In this document: positions 36,685 through 49,205 of the stretch, piece by piece
How positions within the stretch are numbered: position 1 is the stretch's first letter
How the letters are laid out: each line of letters starts with the position of its first letter
From: Lepidodermella squamata
Taxonomy: Eukaryota > Animalia > Gastrotricha
DNA length: 64,000 nucleotides
Direction of reading: 5' to 3'
NCBI GenBank assembly: GCA_047495785.1
Contig: JBLDXI010000017.1
Coordinates: 3,410,001-3,474,000 of the forward strand
The notes under the pieces: generated by a model
What the model was told of the DNA's origin: nothing
Database searches by the model: none
Seen by the model: the letters and a program-made list of their open reading frames with translations, nothing else
Translations under genes and position numbers: made by a program

Positions 36685-37469
36685 TTAAGGCTGCTTCCTC
36701 GGCCGGCCACGTCCGCGTCGCGCCACGGAAGGTGATCTTGGAGCGCGCGTTTTGCTGGTAGGCTTACGGCCAGCCGAAGCCGATCGGCGTCTGCTCGGTG
36801 TTCGCTTTCGTGCAGTCGTTCGCTTCGAGACTTTAGTTTTCACCTGTTTATCAGCTGCCCCTTCACTGCCGTCGTCGTCGTCGTCGTCGCGGTCGGCTGC
36901 TGCTCGTTGGCGCTGTGCCTGAGCCGCTGTTTTACGCTGCTCTTCTTTCCGGCGCTTTTCTTCTTCTTCTTTTTTCGCATCATCATCTGAGCAGCAATTT
37001 CCCACTATAACCACGACGAAAAGAAGGATCACGAAGCCGACGAAAAAAGCTCCTGCATCCTCTCCTTCTTTCTTATTGGATGTAGTTCGAGTATTGTGAG
37101 TGTCACGATTCGATTCTAAAAAGAATGACAATTTCAAATTTTAAAAAGTTTACGAGGTAAGCATACCTTCTTGTTGGCTCTGTCGATACTTATTCTTCTC
37201 GTGATCTCGATTTACGTCGCCATCGGCCTGTTTAAACTCTTCGCAATTCCCGTCTGTGCAGGTTTTTCCTCCTGTTCATGATAGATAATGCGTACTGGAT
37301 ACGTTAGAATTCACGTAAATTTACCAGTATTTTGCCCATGATATTTCGATTTTTCATGCTGTTCGTCAATACGCGCATCACCTTCGAAATTTTCGGCGCG
37401 AATGCGACAAGAAAAGAGGCTGAGCGCAACTACAACTGCTAGTGTTGTAGTTATCGGCGTATACAGCAT
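36685..37469 (-). CDS. Type I membrane protein with a C-terminal basic RS-like region and AT-hook
   Basis: Three exons join in phase 1: signal MLYTPITTTLAVVVALSLFSCRIRA, hydrophilic lumenal part, TM AFFVGFVILLFVVVIVG, CC, charged coil, ...RRGRGRPRKQP*. Confidence 0.75.
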
Positions 37470-38404
37470 GTTAAATTCTAAAGTTAAAACATCTCGAAAT
37501 GTTACTTGAGTGGTAATATGAGGGTAAATACTTATGTGAGCATCAAACTGAGTGAATTGAGCCGGAAAAATATCTACGCGAGTCTGATGAAATCATAAAG
37601 CAAGACGATGGCAGGTTTTGTTTGAAGAACAGCACCAGACTGAGCTGCGCCATTCTTGAATTAGTGGTAAATTTTCGTGGCGCGTAACTATAGGGAACAT
37701 ATGGATTCGCATTTATTAGGAGACGCGCCCGCTGGGGTCATTTCCGGGTCAGTTGCGCAATCGCGATGGACTGCGCGCGCCGAAAAGTGAGGATCAAAAC
37801 ATCTGAAATGCGCTGGGCTGTGTCTAATGTCTAATAATCCTACACTACTGCTTAATATGTAGCTGAATTTCGTCCGAGCGTTATAGATCGGCTATGCTTA
37901 ACAAGAGGCGGCTCGTGTATTTACGCTGGAAAACCAAAACTAGCATCAAAATAAACGGAAAGTTACTGAATCATTGTTTTTATGTGTTGTAATGGCGCGG
38001 TTGATTGATGCCGATTAAACGCTTGATACACGAGTAGCTAGATTTATTGCTGTATTCATGGCGTAAATATCCCAAATCAAATGCTGCACTGCTAACAATC
38101 GGCTGATTTATGCAAGTCAATATGTTATTTTTTGCTGATTTCTTGATTGGTAATTCTCCTAACAACACCCCTATTAAACACCTTTATTTTGACATGGCTA
38201 TGAAGTATATCACCTTAAGATAAGGTTATTTAGATCATTCTAATAAGGAAAAATGGAGAGGCATAATGGTTAATTCATCGATTTGATGAAAAAATTATTA
38301 GCAATCCTCGAAAAATGCCAAAAATATTGCTTTATCGGTAGAGTTTTATTGAAAAATTATCCAATCTTGCGAGGATCGAATTTGGTTCTGAAGTGACGCA
38401 TACA

Positions 38405-38443
38405 CATAGAGAACAGAAGTACTCTGTACTTCTGTTCTCTATG
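38405..38443. mobile_element. 39-bp perfect hairpin TIR-only element or excision footprint with 8-bp TSD
   Basis: CATAGAGAACAGAAGTAC-TCT-GTACTTCTGTTCTCTATG flanked by CGCATACA at 38397-38404 and 38444-38451. Confidence 0.9.
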
Positions 38444-38548
38444 CGCATACATTATTATAGCTTTCGGCCATACTGACCGCAATGAAAAATACAAATTGTG
38501 ATGGAATTAGGCGTCACGCAAAAAATGGCTTCACATTAGTGGGCAGTT

Positions 38549-39665
38549 TCAGTGGCAGAAATCAGGCGCTGGCTCGGCAGTGGTTCGCGGCTTGCCATCA
38601 TCGGTTTGCCTGGCAGAATACTCATCGTCCGAACGCGGTTCTTCGTCATCATTGGACGACTCGACGTGCGCTTCAATCTTGATTCTCGGCGCGCCCGCCA
38701 TCGCCTCTTCATCTCTGGCGCTATTAGCGGCTGGCGCTTTATTCCCGCCAGCACAGGCCCGACAATTTTTCGGCCGGCTGGCGTCAACGTCGTTCAGCCA
38801 GGAGGCGACTAGATGACCTGAAGCGGCTCCTAAGCAGATGAAAGCCATCACCCAGACGTTAGCCATCGCCGCCATCATCAGGGCGTAGTGAGCGAAAACC
38901 ATGACAAAGTAGTAGACAAATTGGAACAGCCGAACAGCAACTCCTCGCGGCTTGTGAGCCTGTTCATGCTGGTGTTGAAGCTGGCCTCGATCAGAATGAC
39001 GGCGGCGCCACTTGCGCCGTTTCATCGACTGAAAAATAACAAATTCTCTAATGTAAAACCTGAGATTGTTTTGAACAGAATAACTGCGAGAAATAAGGTG
39101 ACACATACCGATTTTGGGTCATCCATTTTAGCCAGATCGGTCTTACTGCCAATGGGCGTCGAAGAGCTGTCGACGGAAGGTTTGCGAAGCCCACCGGGAG
39201 TTTCGACAGTCAGCTTTTGTTCCGACATTGGCGTGTACCGCTTGATAGTTGGCCGAGCTCCGAGGCTGTCCAACTTTGAGCTGAGCACGCTGACAGCATT
39301 TCGAATGCGAGCGAATTCAACCAAAAAGCTGCGGAAAGACGAAATTGGAACGAAAATTATCGAGCAGTAAAATCAAACCTTATCAAAATACATGCACTGA
39401 CTAGAAGGCCAAACTCCCACGGCTGTACTATGCTGAACCATGCAACGGGGAAGTTGTTGAGCCCGACGCTCATCATAGGCATCATAGACATGTCGTGGTG
39501 ACCTGATCCATGCCCGGCGTGCGCGTTGCTGCTGGCTGGTGGCGCGACGAAACCACTACCCGTGGCGACCTTGTTCATATCAGCCACCATCTGATCATGC
39601 ATCGAGTGATCGGGCATCACCGCCAAGTCTTCGACATCCTGCTCGTGATGGTGATGGTGATCCAT
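38549..39665 (-). CDS. Ctr1: Ctr/SLC31 copper transporter
   Basis: His/Met-rich N-terminus (MDHHHHHE...HHDMSMMPMM); TM2 YALMMAAM (MxxxM); TM3 GAASG (GxxxG); C-terminal ...FCH; two introns in frame. Confidence 0.9.
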
Positions 39666-40299
39666 TTTGAAAATCGACGATGTGCCTATCAAACCAAGAA
39701 GTTATGTTGCGAAACGATGTGTGGATTTTACTGCTGATGGCTATAAGGACAGGTGATTAAATATTAAATTAGTGGATGAGTACGTGCAGTAGTAGCATGG
39801 ATTGCTGTGCGATTTGTGCTAACAAAATTGTGCTAAGATTTTATGATGAAGATGTTCTGCAGCACGCGACTTCTCGGTTGTGTCGCGTGTTGGTGCTAAA
39901 CAAGTTGCGTAATGGTTTTTATTTAATAATTTGGCTCATGTTAAATAATTTTTGACCGCGGAGAGAAAAATCTCAGTGTGGCTAAATTTTGACGTGTGAA
40001 AAATAAGCAAAAATAAACAGCGCTCGGCCTTCTTGAAAATGAAATGCTCCAGGAAACGCGGTGCATCGTGCATTTTACAGGTAATATTTGTTATGTTCTC
40101 AGTTGTGGTGGCGTATAGGATTGTTATTTGCCGCGGCCAGAACGGGCCGCACGCACGCACCGCTGTTGTCTACCTTTTGGCGCAAGTAGCAGTTCGCTTA
40201 GCGAGACCAGCAGCAATCTCGCGCCCGAGCGAACCCAATGACCGTCAAAAACAACATGACAAACAAACTGTCCATTATAAAGTTTCTTTTAAATCTGCA

Positions 40300-41430
40300 T
40301 TGCTTCTTCGTAATCAACTGCGCTTCGTAGAGCTCAGATCTAATGTTGATCACACCGCGTAACTGAGCTTCACCTTTCGAAGGTTCCCCTAGCCTGAAAA
40401 GAAGTGAAGCTTGAAAAAAGGCATAATTCCACGAAATGGGATCGCCGCAATTTGAATATTGAAATCACGCTGGAACCAGAAAACCTTGCTTCAAAGTTCA
40501 AGAGGATCGTCCATCGTCCACTTGCTATTGATTAATTCCTCATCACACTTATTCGAAGCATTAAAATTCACTGTTTTCCATAAGTTAGCAGCCCTTTTTG
40601 AGTTGTAAACTGTTTGCAGATTATTCCGAATTATAAATTTGCGATGCACTGTGCCAACATCAAAAACAAATTGGAATGTTTCTGCTTTCTTTATTGGTGA
40701 AAGGATTGTCAGGCAAGGAATCAGAGAAAAGAGCCAATATTTCTGATCACAGCAACTATATAAGTTTTTAAAACAAAGAGAAACATACCTTCTGAAGCGA
40801 ACTTAATAAACAGAAGCGAGAATCAAGGAGATTTCAGGGTTCTGACTTCGTAAAAGAACCTCGAGTTTTTGCCTAGCCAAGCATGATAACCGGCAGGTGA
40901 TCCGATTACGACGTAGATTTCCTCGTGCTTCGAGCGCCGTTTTGTTTTCGACCTGCTCGGAGCAACCTTCGGGGCGGACTGCTCCACCTCACCGGCCTGA
41001 GAACCTACGAAAGCTGACGACGACCGGCTACTGCTGAGCTGCCGGAAGACGACGAGACGAGGCGACAATTCTAACCTGCTGTTTGTGATAGCGCGACCGC
41101 AATGAGTTTTAGGCGATCATCGGCTTGGACAAACTGTCCTCCAGAGTGGTCACCGTCGCGCGCAATTCGTCGCACTCGTGCTGAGCCGCTTCGTTCAGGT
41201 TGACCCGGCATCATTTGGATCGAGTCATCGCTGAGCCCGCACATTGCCTCTCTACGTCGACGAGGAAAGACGAGCGAAGGCTGGCGTAACTTCTGAACTT
41301 TCGAAGCCGCTGTTCGACTGCACCTCTTTGTTGCCGTATAGCAGCCGGTTTGACGGGGTACTTTTGCGCAATCTGCATAATTGAGACGACGCGCTTAATG
41401 AGACGCTTTTTCGCGTCTATTTGGTCCAAC
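40300..41430 (-). pseudogene. Decayed coding sequence of unknown family
   Basis: Long coding-like frames with splice sites but several in-frame stops (…AMTRSK*CRVN…MIA*NSLRS…, …DDPLEL*SKVF…). Confidence 0.35.
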
Positions 41431-42133
41431 GCTGAATATGAGACCAGATCAATCAGGCTTTCACGAATTCAAAAGATGGAAAGCTAAAGCAAAATCTTCG
41501 GAAATAAAAAAGATCGTCGCGTTATTTCAATGCGGAGCGAAACGCGCCTAAATGGCGGTATTAATTAAATAAGACCCTTTGATTTAAATGGGACATAGGT
41601 ATATATCGCGGGGTGGGCGACAAAACGACTTGCCTAGAATAGAAACAAATGGCGTAATGCATTCAATGCACAGAAAAAACTGGCGTCCTAATAGTGATCA
41701 GGCACTGACTGACTTGGCGAAGATGCAAAAAGTTAGTTTTACGCCATTTGTTTCTATTGTAGGCAAGTCGTTCTGTAGCCCAGACCGCGATATGTAGTAG
41801 TAGGAAAACCACGCGTAGAATGAATACCGCGCGTAAAAATACTACGTGATCAGTTGCTAAGCAACCGATCAATGACCGTACTGGTAAGCACAACTTTATT
41901 TGCTTGTAAATGAGTTGTTAGCTCGAGCAAAAGATCGACAATCGATACATTTTAGTCTGGCTGTTGCCAACGTTCGTAATGCGTGTCGGTCCATTCGCCG
42001 TGCTCGACCAAATACACTTGTGTGTTTTTAGCAGCAGCTGCCTGGCTACCAATATCGGCTTCTCGACATACTTTTTAACATTCAAAATTTAACAAATTAA
42101 TCCGCGATTATTTAGGTTTACACTTATTCATAA

Positions 42134-43111
42134 ATGTATCCACCACGGAGATCTATGACCTCGTATGATTTTCAACGAGGAAACCATTATCAGCAGGTTT
42201 CACCGCGTTGCTGTTGTGAGCAGTCACCTCGAGCAAACTGCCAGTGCTGCGAGCAAACCAGAACGGTAAAATTAGCTCCATATATTTCTAAAATATTCAC
42301 TTTATTCATTATTGGGACATTTTTTTATGCACAGCGAATGATTGGCCGCAACAAAGTAGTTGAAGTAGAGCAGTGTTGCGAATGCCAGCAAAACTGCAGC
42401 CACTATCTCGCACCTCATCCTCCGCCGCAACCCCAGCCACGCTTTGACTATTACCGTAGGAAGAAGCCGGTGGAAAAACAAATTGTTGTGACGACGATGG
42501 TACCTGAGAAAGCTTTAAAAACACCAGGAGGCGTGACCGTTCATCTCGAAGCAACAAATAACAACAGCGGCGTACGGGCAGCAATCAGCCGCGTACCCGG
42601 GCCACCTCCAGCGCGCCAAATGATGCCCCATCCAGTGTATGCCGAAGCAATAGTTCCTGGAATCTCGCCACCCCAGGTTTCATACATTATCGGCCCGCCG
42701 TCAGAGTCATCGGCACGCTCTTCGTTTACGGAAGACTTCGTTCAATGTAAGAGAGATAAACTATATTGCATAAGGTGATGCATTAAAAAAACTGATACAG
42801 ACAGCAATGGGGAATATGTCAGACCCACGACACATTTCGCACGCCCGCCGCCAATGAATCCACCTCCAGCTCCTTTTCAGCCGCGCCCAGGAATGGTAAT
42901 TAGCTGGAAACATAGCCTGAAGTCATAATCTTGAATAATTTGATTTTAGTCTGATTTTATGGAGGAGTATCGGCGCACTGAATACGTCAACGGCGTTCCA
43001 ACCAGCAATCTTTTTAGAAGCTCTTCGCATCATCAACTGAATCAGCCGCCTCGGCCCTCTCTACCTAACAGCGAACTGGCGCTGAAAAATTGCCGAAGAT
43101 GGTTTCATTAG
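42134..43111 (+). CDS. Pro/Cys-rich orphan protein
   Basis: MYPPRR...CCCEQ...CQCCEQ, CCECQQNC, Pro-rich exons with short GT-AG introns, ending ...RRWFH*. Confidence 0.55.
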
Positions 43112-43418
43112 GTTCGAATAAGAACCTAGATAGCAGATAGATTTATTTCGCAGCCAACTTGAACTTTAGTTTTTGAAGAATTTTTATCATGGACTTTATG
43201 CATTCCTTTTTATGTAATTTGTATATGGTTATTAGCCTGTTTACAATGCAAGAAATTTCGGAATCGAATTATTTTATAGTGAAAAAATATACATTTCAAT
43301 GTCGTGGAAAATCGAGAGTAATAATTATTTGTTTTACTTCAAGCTCTGTCTTTAGATTCTAGTTAGGTATTATGTAGCCTGTGATCTTGGGTGTAGAAAA
43401 ATTAGCTGAGAATTTAAG

Positions 43419-46400
43419 TTATTTCAACCGTGGCAGCTTTTTTAAGCGACTTCTCATTCGGATTTTCACTGATGAGTGAGTACGAGTGGATGAGATTGAG
43501 TTGATGAGTGAAACGATTTCGGCCAAATTGTTATCCAAGGCGACATCCATGATTGTCATGCTCGTGCACGAATCAACATGCCGATAGTCAGCGCCGTACG
43601 AAATGAGCAGTTTCGCAATGCGTGCCGAAAGTGTCACGTTGCTACCTTGTGCAGCTAAATTGACGAGCAAAAATAGGGGGCTATTGCATCCTTCGATGTC
43701 GAGAGCATTCGGGTTAGCGCCCCGGAAAAGCAGATATTCAATGACGACATAGTTTTTCCTCGCAATTATAGCCATGTGTAAGGGTGTCAAGCCATTGATG
43801 TTTCTAGCCTCAAGTTCAGCTCCGTGATCCAACAGGAAACCTTAGTTCGAAAGAGCCAAAAAATTAAACAATAGATGCGGATTTAATATAACTCACCGAC
43901 AACAGGAAGTTGTGGATAGCAACAATTCGACATTAAAAGATGGTTGAGTGCAGTTGCTCCGTTGATATTTCGCGCATCAATATTGGCACCTTCAGCTAGC
44001 AGCAACTCCATATACTGAAAATTCTGATTCACCACGGCAAGGTGAAATGGGGTCATCATATCTGAGTGAATTAAAAATGGAAAATATTAATTAGTCGGTC
44101 CATCGAGCGTATAAAGGGTGTGGCAAGTGCGCACCCTAAAGGGTTCCAGCAGTAATTTTGAGACTCCAGTACTACAATTTCCACTAAAATTGTTTTTCGA
44201 GTTTCATGTCTTCAGTCTTCCCTAGAATATAGACTGTTTAGCTATCATTCCTAACCAACAGATCTTCCTATCACGCGTATTTTGAGATATAAGCGGTCAG
44301 TTTACGAGTTATACTTCAGCCTGCAAAGCCGATATCGATTCCAAGTATCGATTTAAAAAATCAGTGATTTTTCCGATATCAGCCGTCTTGGAACCCAACA
44401 TCGATAATTTTTCTACGTGGCTTTTAGAGCGTCAGGTAGCTAAAATCCTAGGTTCAGGGAGGGCATCAGTATCGATCAAAAACGAAAACATCGAAATCGC
44501 ACTGAAGTTAGTGTCAGGAACCTCATTTTTAGTGGTGCAAATATTTGGACCCGATGATGATGATAATCTGGCATGAGGGCATGAGGCGATAATGATTACC
44601 TGGCATGAGGTATTGCGATTGGTTGGCGCCACCTTTTATAAGGATCTTGATGATGTCTGAAGAATTGCGAAAATCGATTGCGTAGTGAATGGCCGTTGCG
44701 CCGTTGTTGCTCACCGCATTGGGATCGGCGCCAAGGCTCAGCAACAGCGTTACCATCTTTACGTTTCCTAGAATTCAACAATGTTACACTTGAAATTGTA
44801 CAACAATGTAAAGAAAATAGGACTAACCATTAGCAGCAGCCGAGTGAAGCGCAGTTTTGCCTTCAGAATCGATTGCAGAGACGTTGGCTTTGCTTCTCAA
44901 AAGAGCGATTGCAATGTTCAAATGGCCGTTCATCGCTGCGAAGTGTAACGCTGTCTGCCCGCGATAGTCTTTCGCCTTCACCTGCGAGCTGTCTCTCGCG
45001 AGCACTTGCATAATGCACAGATTGTCACCAATAGCACTACAAGCCATCAAGTCTGGTACAACTCGGCGTAGTTCGATTCCATGTGCCGTATGATAATGAT
45101 TGAGTGGCGTACCGGGCGGCAGGGAGCCCGACGATGCTTGGGCTAGTTTCAGCAGTTCCAGAACTTGCCATTGCAACGCTTTAGCCGCGACGTTGATTGC
45201 TGTCAAGCCCGTACATGCGTCAACCTTCCCGACGTCTGCTCCGAATTCTATAAGGTGCCGCGCGATCACTGCCAGTTCGTTCCTATTACGGTTATGGTGA
45301 TTTCGAACCAACGCAAATAACGGGGCATCACAGCCTGAAGAATCGAGCGCGTTTGGATTAGCCCCGCTTTTCAGCAAAACTTGGACGACCTCTTCAGTCC
45401 TGCCGATGCCTTGGGTCACTGCAAAAGTTTTTTTATAGATTTTCTCATTGGCAAAAAAAAATAAGAATCACTAGGCTTCAGAAAAGACGTTATGATGCTA
45501 GCAAAAATGATGTTACGAAGCTGCATACCTGTGGAATATAGTGGCGTATGACCGTCGTTATCTAGCTGGTCTACTATCGCACCACGGCTGCTCAACAGCG
45601 CCACAATTTCCACGTGGCCGTAAATAGCCGCATTGTGCAGGGGTGAGCGACCCGATCGATCCCGCGTTTCGGTATTCGCGCCCGATTTTAACAGCACATT
45701 AGCGAGGGTCGCTTGCGGGGTGGCGTAAAGTTTGACCAGCCAATTAAGGGCTGTGTTTCCCCATTCATCTTTCTGCTCGGTGTCAATGTGATACCTGTTG
45801 ATAAGGTTCCAGGCCATAAGAATATTTTGGTGTTCGATGGCGAAGTGCAGCGATGACTGTGGGTAAGAATTGGTGGCGTTAACGTTGGCACCACGGCTAA
45901 TTAACAGATCGACGCCATCAACCGAATTCGCGTACGACGCGGCATAGAGCAGCGGTGTTCCGCCTGGTGCAATTTTTTTGGAAACCGTGGCATCAACAAC
46001 AGCGCCGTGGTCGATGAGAAAATTCATCATTTCCAGATGATTTCCTGAAAAAATGGGAATGTATTCTTGTTAAAATGCCTTTTTGCATTGGCCAGAAATT
46101 CCAATTCAAAATCAATGTTATGAGACAATCAGAAAGCTAAAGTCACCTTTAGCCGCCAAATGTAAGGGTGTTTCCTCGTAGTCGCGATTTTTTGCGTTGA
46201 CATTTGCACCGCGCTTGACTAGTAATTTGACGATATCGAAACGGTTGAATTTAGAGGCTAGATGCAATGGCGTTTGGTGAAGCCAATCGCGAGTATCTGG
46301 ATCCACGCCAGCGTCCAGTAGTCGCTTCACCTCGCTCACGTTGCCGTAGCATGCAGCAAATGTAATTGGCGGTTCTGCATCAAATCGTGGCCGTCGAAGG

Positions 46401-46483
46401 TCCCACGATGATGTATGGGCAATGAAAAAGGTTAAAATCAAAGCGGTCACATGCGAACATTCACCAAGTAACACAGTTATCAT
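43419..46483 (-). CDS. Multi-ankyrin-repeat protein with a putative signal peptide and two duplicated halves
   Basis: Many G.TPLH.A...LL..GA..N repeats across about 6 exons; N-terminal hydrophobic VTALILTFFIA; duplicated cap GANPNALD..GC..PLF.LV...GAD...VD.CT..T...VA. Confidence 0.85.
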
Positions 46484-49133
46484 CTAGATATAGGCAACAA
46501 ATGGAAAATTCACGTGCTATTTTTGCAAAGTCGAAGTAGAAATTGTATAATATAAGCTATCCATGCGCTCAAATTTTCAAATGATAACGAATTTCTGGAA
46601 GTTTACAGCTATATGTATATCAGCTTAAACTGTCATGAGACTTTTCTTCCCGTGTGGGCATTCTGTTGGAACAGTTTAAAGCGTGCAGCGAATCATCGGT
46701 GTTGGACAAAATGTGCGCAAAATTAAGGTAGAAAGCAGCATGACGTAAAAAAATTGAATGGAAGGATATGAAATTCCCACTGGGGTGTCTTTACATAAGT
46801 AAAGTGAAATGATGCTAAGGAACAAGAGAGGAAGACTGAAAACAGAAGGATGAAGTTTATGCGAGAGCACCAAGGGATGAAATACGAAAAAAATAGCGCA
46901 CACGGGCCGCCCGCCCGCTTCTTGTTTTGGCGCAGGTGAACAGCTGCTGTCCACTAAGGCTTTATTATTTTGGCCTCTCTCTTTGTTGTTTGTACATCCT
47001 AAAGCAGTCGAGCGTGAACTCGTAACGAGTAGTGTATGTCTGCCCGGAGAAACTACACTGGCAATTCGCTATTAGATAGCACTTTTATTTGCTTATCGCG
47101 CCATTTATATTTATAGGCACTTGAGCGGGTCAACAGCCGATTTAGAATGAGACATTGCGAAAGATTCGTTGCACTGCAACAAGTCTTGCGTCACTTTTTC
47201 AGCCCAGCGTTGAGCTTCCAATCAGATACTAAACTATATTACAAAATTGACTGCCACAAGGTAGACTCAATCGTTTTAGAAATAACTCGAACAAGAAAAA
47301 GAAGCAAGAAGAAGCCGGGAATAAAAGTTGCGCTGAAACAAACACCTTTTTAGATATCATTTTGTATTCTGTGGTCTGCCATTGTTCAAGGCGTAAAAAC
47401 TCGTGCTAGCGTTTATCGCGTGTGTTCTATTTTCATGTTCCGCCGTTTTTGTTAAATATTTTTCGGCGGCTTTTATACTGCTGCCGAATATGCGGAAGTT
47501 GACGCCGTTCTCGTGCCTCTCAATTTTGTTTCGTGTTTTTGTTACGAATTCTTTACTCTTTAAAGAATCGCGTTTTGTTTGTTCTTTGCATTGTCTTCGC
47601 CGGTCTAAGGGTGTGTTGCAAGTCGATAGTGAAATACGCAGAGCCATGGACTCATTAACTTCCTTGTCAGGTGCCAGCAAATAGCGTGCTTGCTTTCCTT
47701 AATATAAAAAGCCACGGTGGCTTAGAACCAAGTTTTTTCACGCTGATATTTTCAATCACACTAGGACCGTCGTTTTGATGCCAGACTTGGTGATTGCGCT
47801 GAAGAATTATTGTTATTCAAGGGCCAGGCCGCCGAGTTTTACCCAACGAATCAACCAAAAATTTAGATTTTTTTGCCGTTCATACCATGCATAGAACTCT
47901 TCGAGCTTCGAGCTATGGAAAAACGCCGTTGTCCATTTTTCAAAATTCGATTCCAGCACCGAGAAAGAAAACTACATAGAACATGCACTTTTCAATGAAA
48001 CCGCGCGAATCAAAATCGTGTCCATGAATTCCTTGGTCACTTTGCGGACTGGTGAAGGAGTCACAAGCTTATGAAATCATTTTCAGAAAAAATAATAAGA
48101 AAAAATAAAGGAATTAACAGGAGCAGAAGAATCGCTAAGGTGCTTTTGGCTGAGGCGGTACAGTAGGGCATGGAATGCGATAGCCCACTGCAGCGGATTA
48201 TCTTTCGATCGCGCCGCCATTTAGGCTCGATTTCTTGAATCACTCCTCTTGAACGGCGAAGTCCGGCCGTAATGTGACGACTGCTTGCGACCCGGCGCCA
48301 GCTATTCCGCAAAAGTACCGGCCAAAATGTCAGTAGTTCCTCAAACTCGCAGCCACCGTCGCGTCTACTACTCCAAAGTCACTGTCAAAGCCGAAGTAAA
48401 CTTGGAGGAATAGTAACTCAAAGAACATATTTTTTGGGAAATCTAAGTTTAGAGAGTGCACTTCCCTTACCCAAATGAAAATTGGTAACAAACTACTGAT
48501 TCCCAGAATAATCATTTGCTTTTGCGACGCCTGTGGTTTTAATTTCGCCGGAGTCGCATGAGTCGCTGGCAGTCGATGCGCGACGCGGCGACGGGTGCGA
48601 GTGCGAGGTGCGCCATTTTCTGCGCCGCCAGCCCTCGGTCTCGTTCATCGACCACGTCACCACATTACACATGCGCCCGTCATCGTTCACGGCGGCAACA
48701 GCGGCGCACGCGTTCGACGCTGCTGAACAACCGAAGCTGATGATGATTCGACTGAGGCGTAGTGAGCAGCCTGTTGAGCGCGGTGGAAGGGCGCGAGTCT
48801 GGCGGCTAAGGCGGCTGTTATTGAGACGGCGTGTTTCTTTTATGGTTGCGGTGACAGCAAACAGCCGCAAAACAGCAAGAAACTGTTCTCTTGCGGCCTC
48901 GCAATGTGTAGTAAAAAATGGCCCCGCTATAACGCAGCAGTCGAGATGATTCATGCTCTACGGAGCGTCGTGTCGATAAACTGCCATTTTTGTTACTGTG
49001 ATTACAAAGGTGGTGGGTGACTAATTCACAGCCAAGTACCGTAGTAAACTGGAGTGTGCAAATAACAATGCACAAGTTCGTGAGGAAACTAAACAGAATG
49101 AACACACACATTCATATAACGTGGCATCAGCTC

Positions 49134-49205
49134 GGCTCAGTAGCTTAGTGGTAGAGCGTCTGTCTCGTAAACAGAAGATCGCGGGTTCAATTCCCGCCTG
49201 GGCCT
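49134..49205 (+). tRNA. tRNA-Thr(CGT)
   Basis: Acceptor GGCTCAG/CTGGGCC; D arm TAGCTTAGTGGTAGAGC; anticodon stem TCTGT/ACAGA with loop CT-CGT-AA; T arm GCGGG-TTCAATT-CCCGC; downstream oligo-T Pol III terminator. Confidence 0.97.

Noticed and set aside
47890-47917. CATAG...CTATG segment as a third micro-element
   Set aside because: Flanks (ATACCATG vs GAAAAACG) are not duplicated and the arms match over only 5 bp
48331-48498. CAGTAGTT...AACTACTG 8-bp inverted ends as a MITE
   Set aside because: No target-site duplication; match too short
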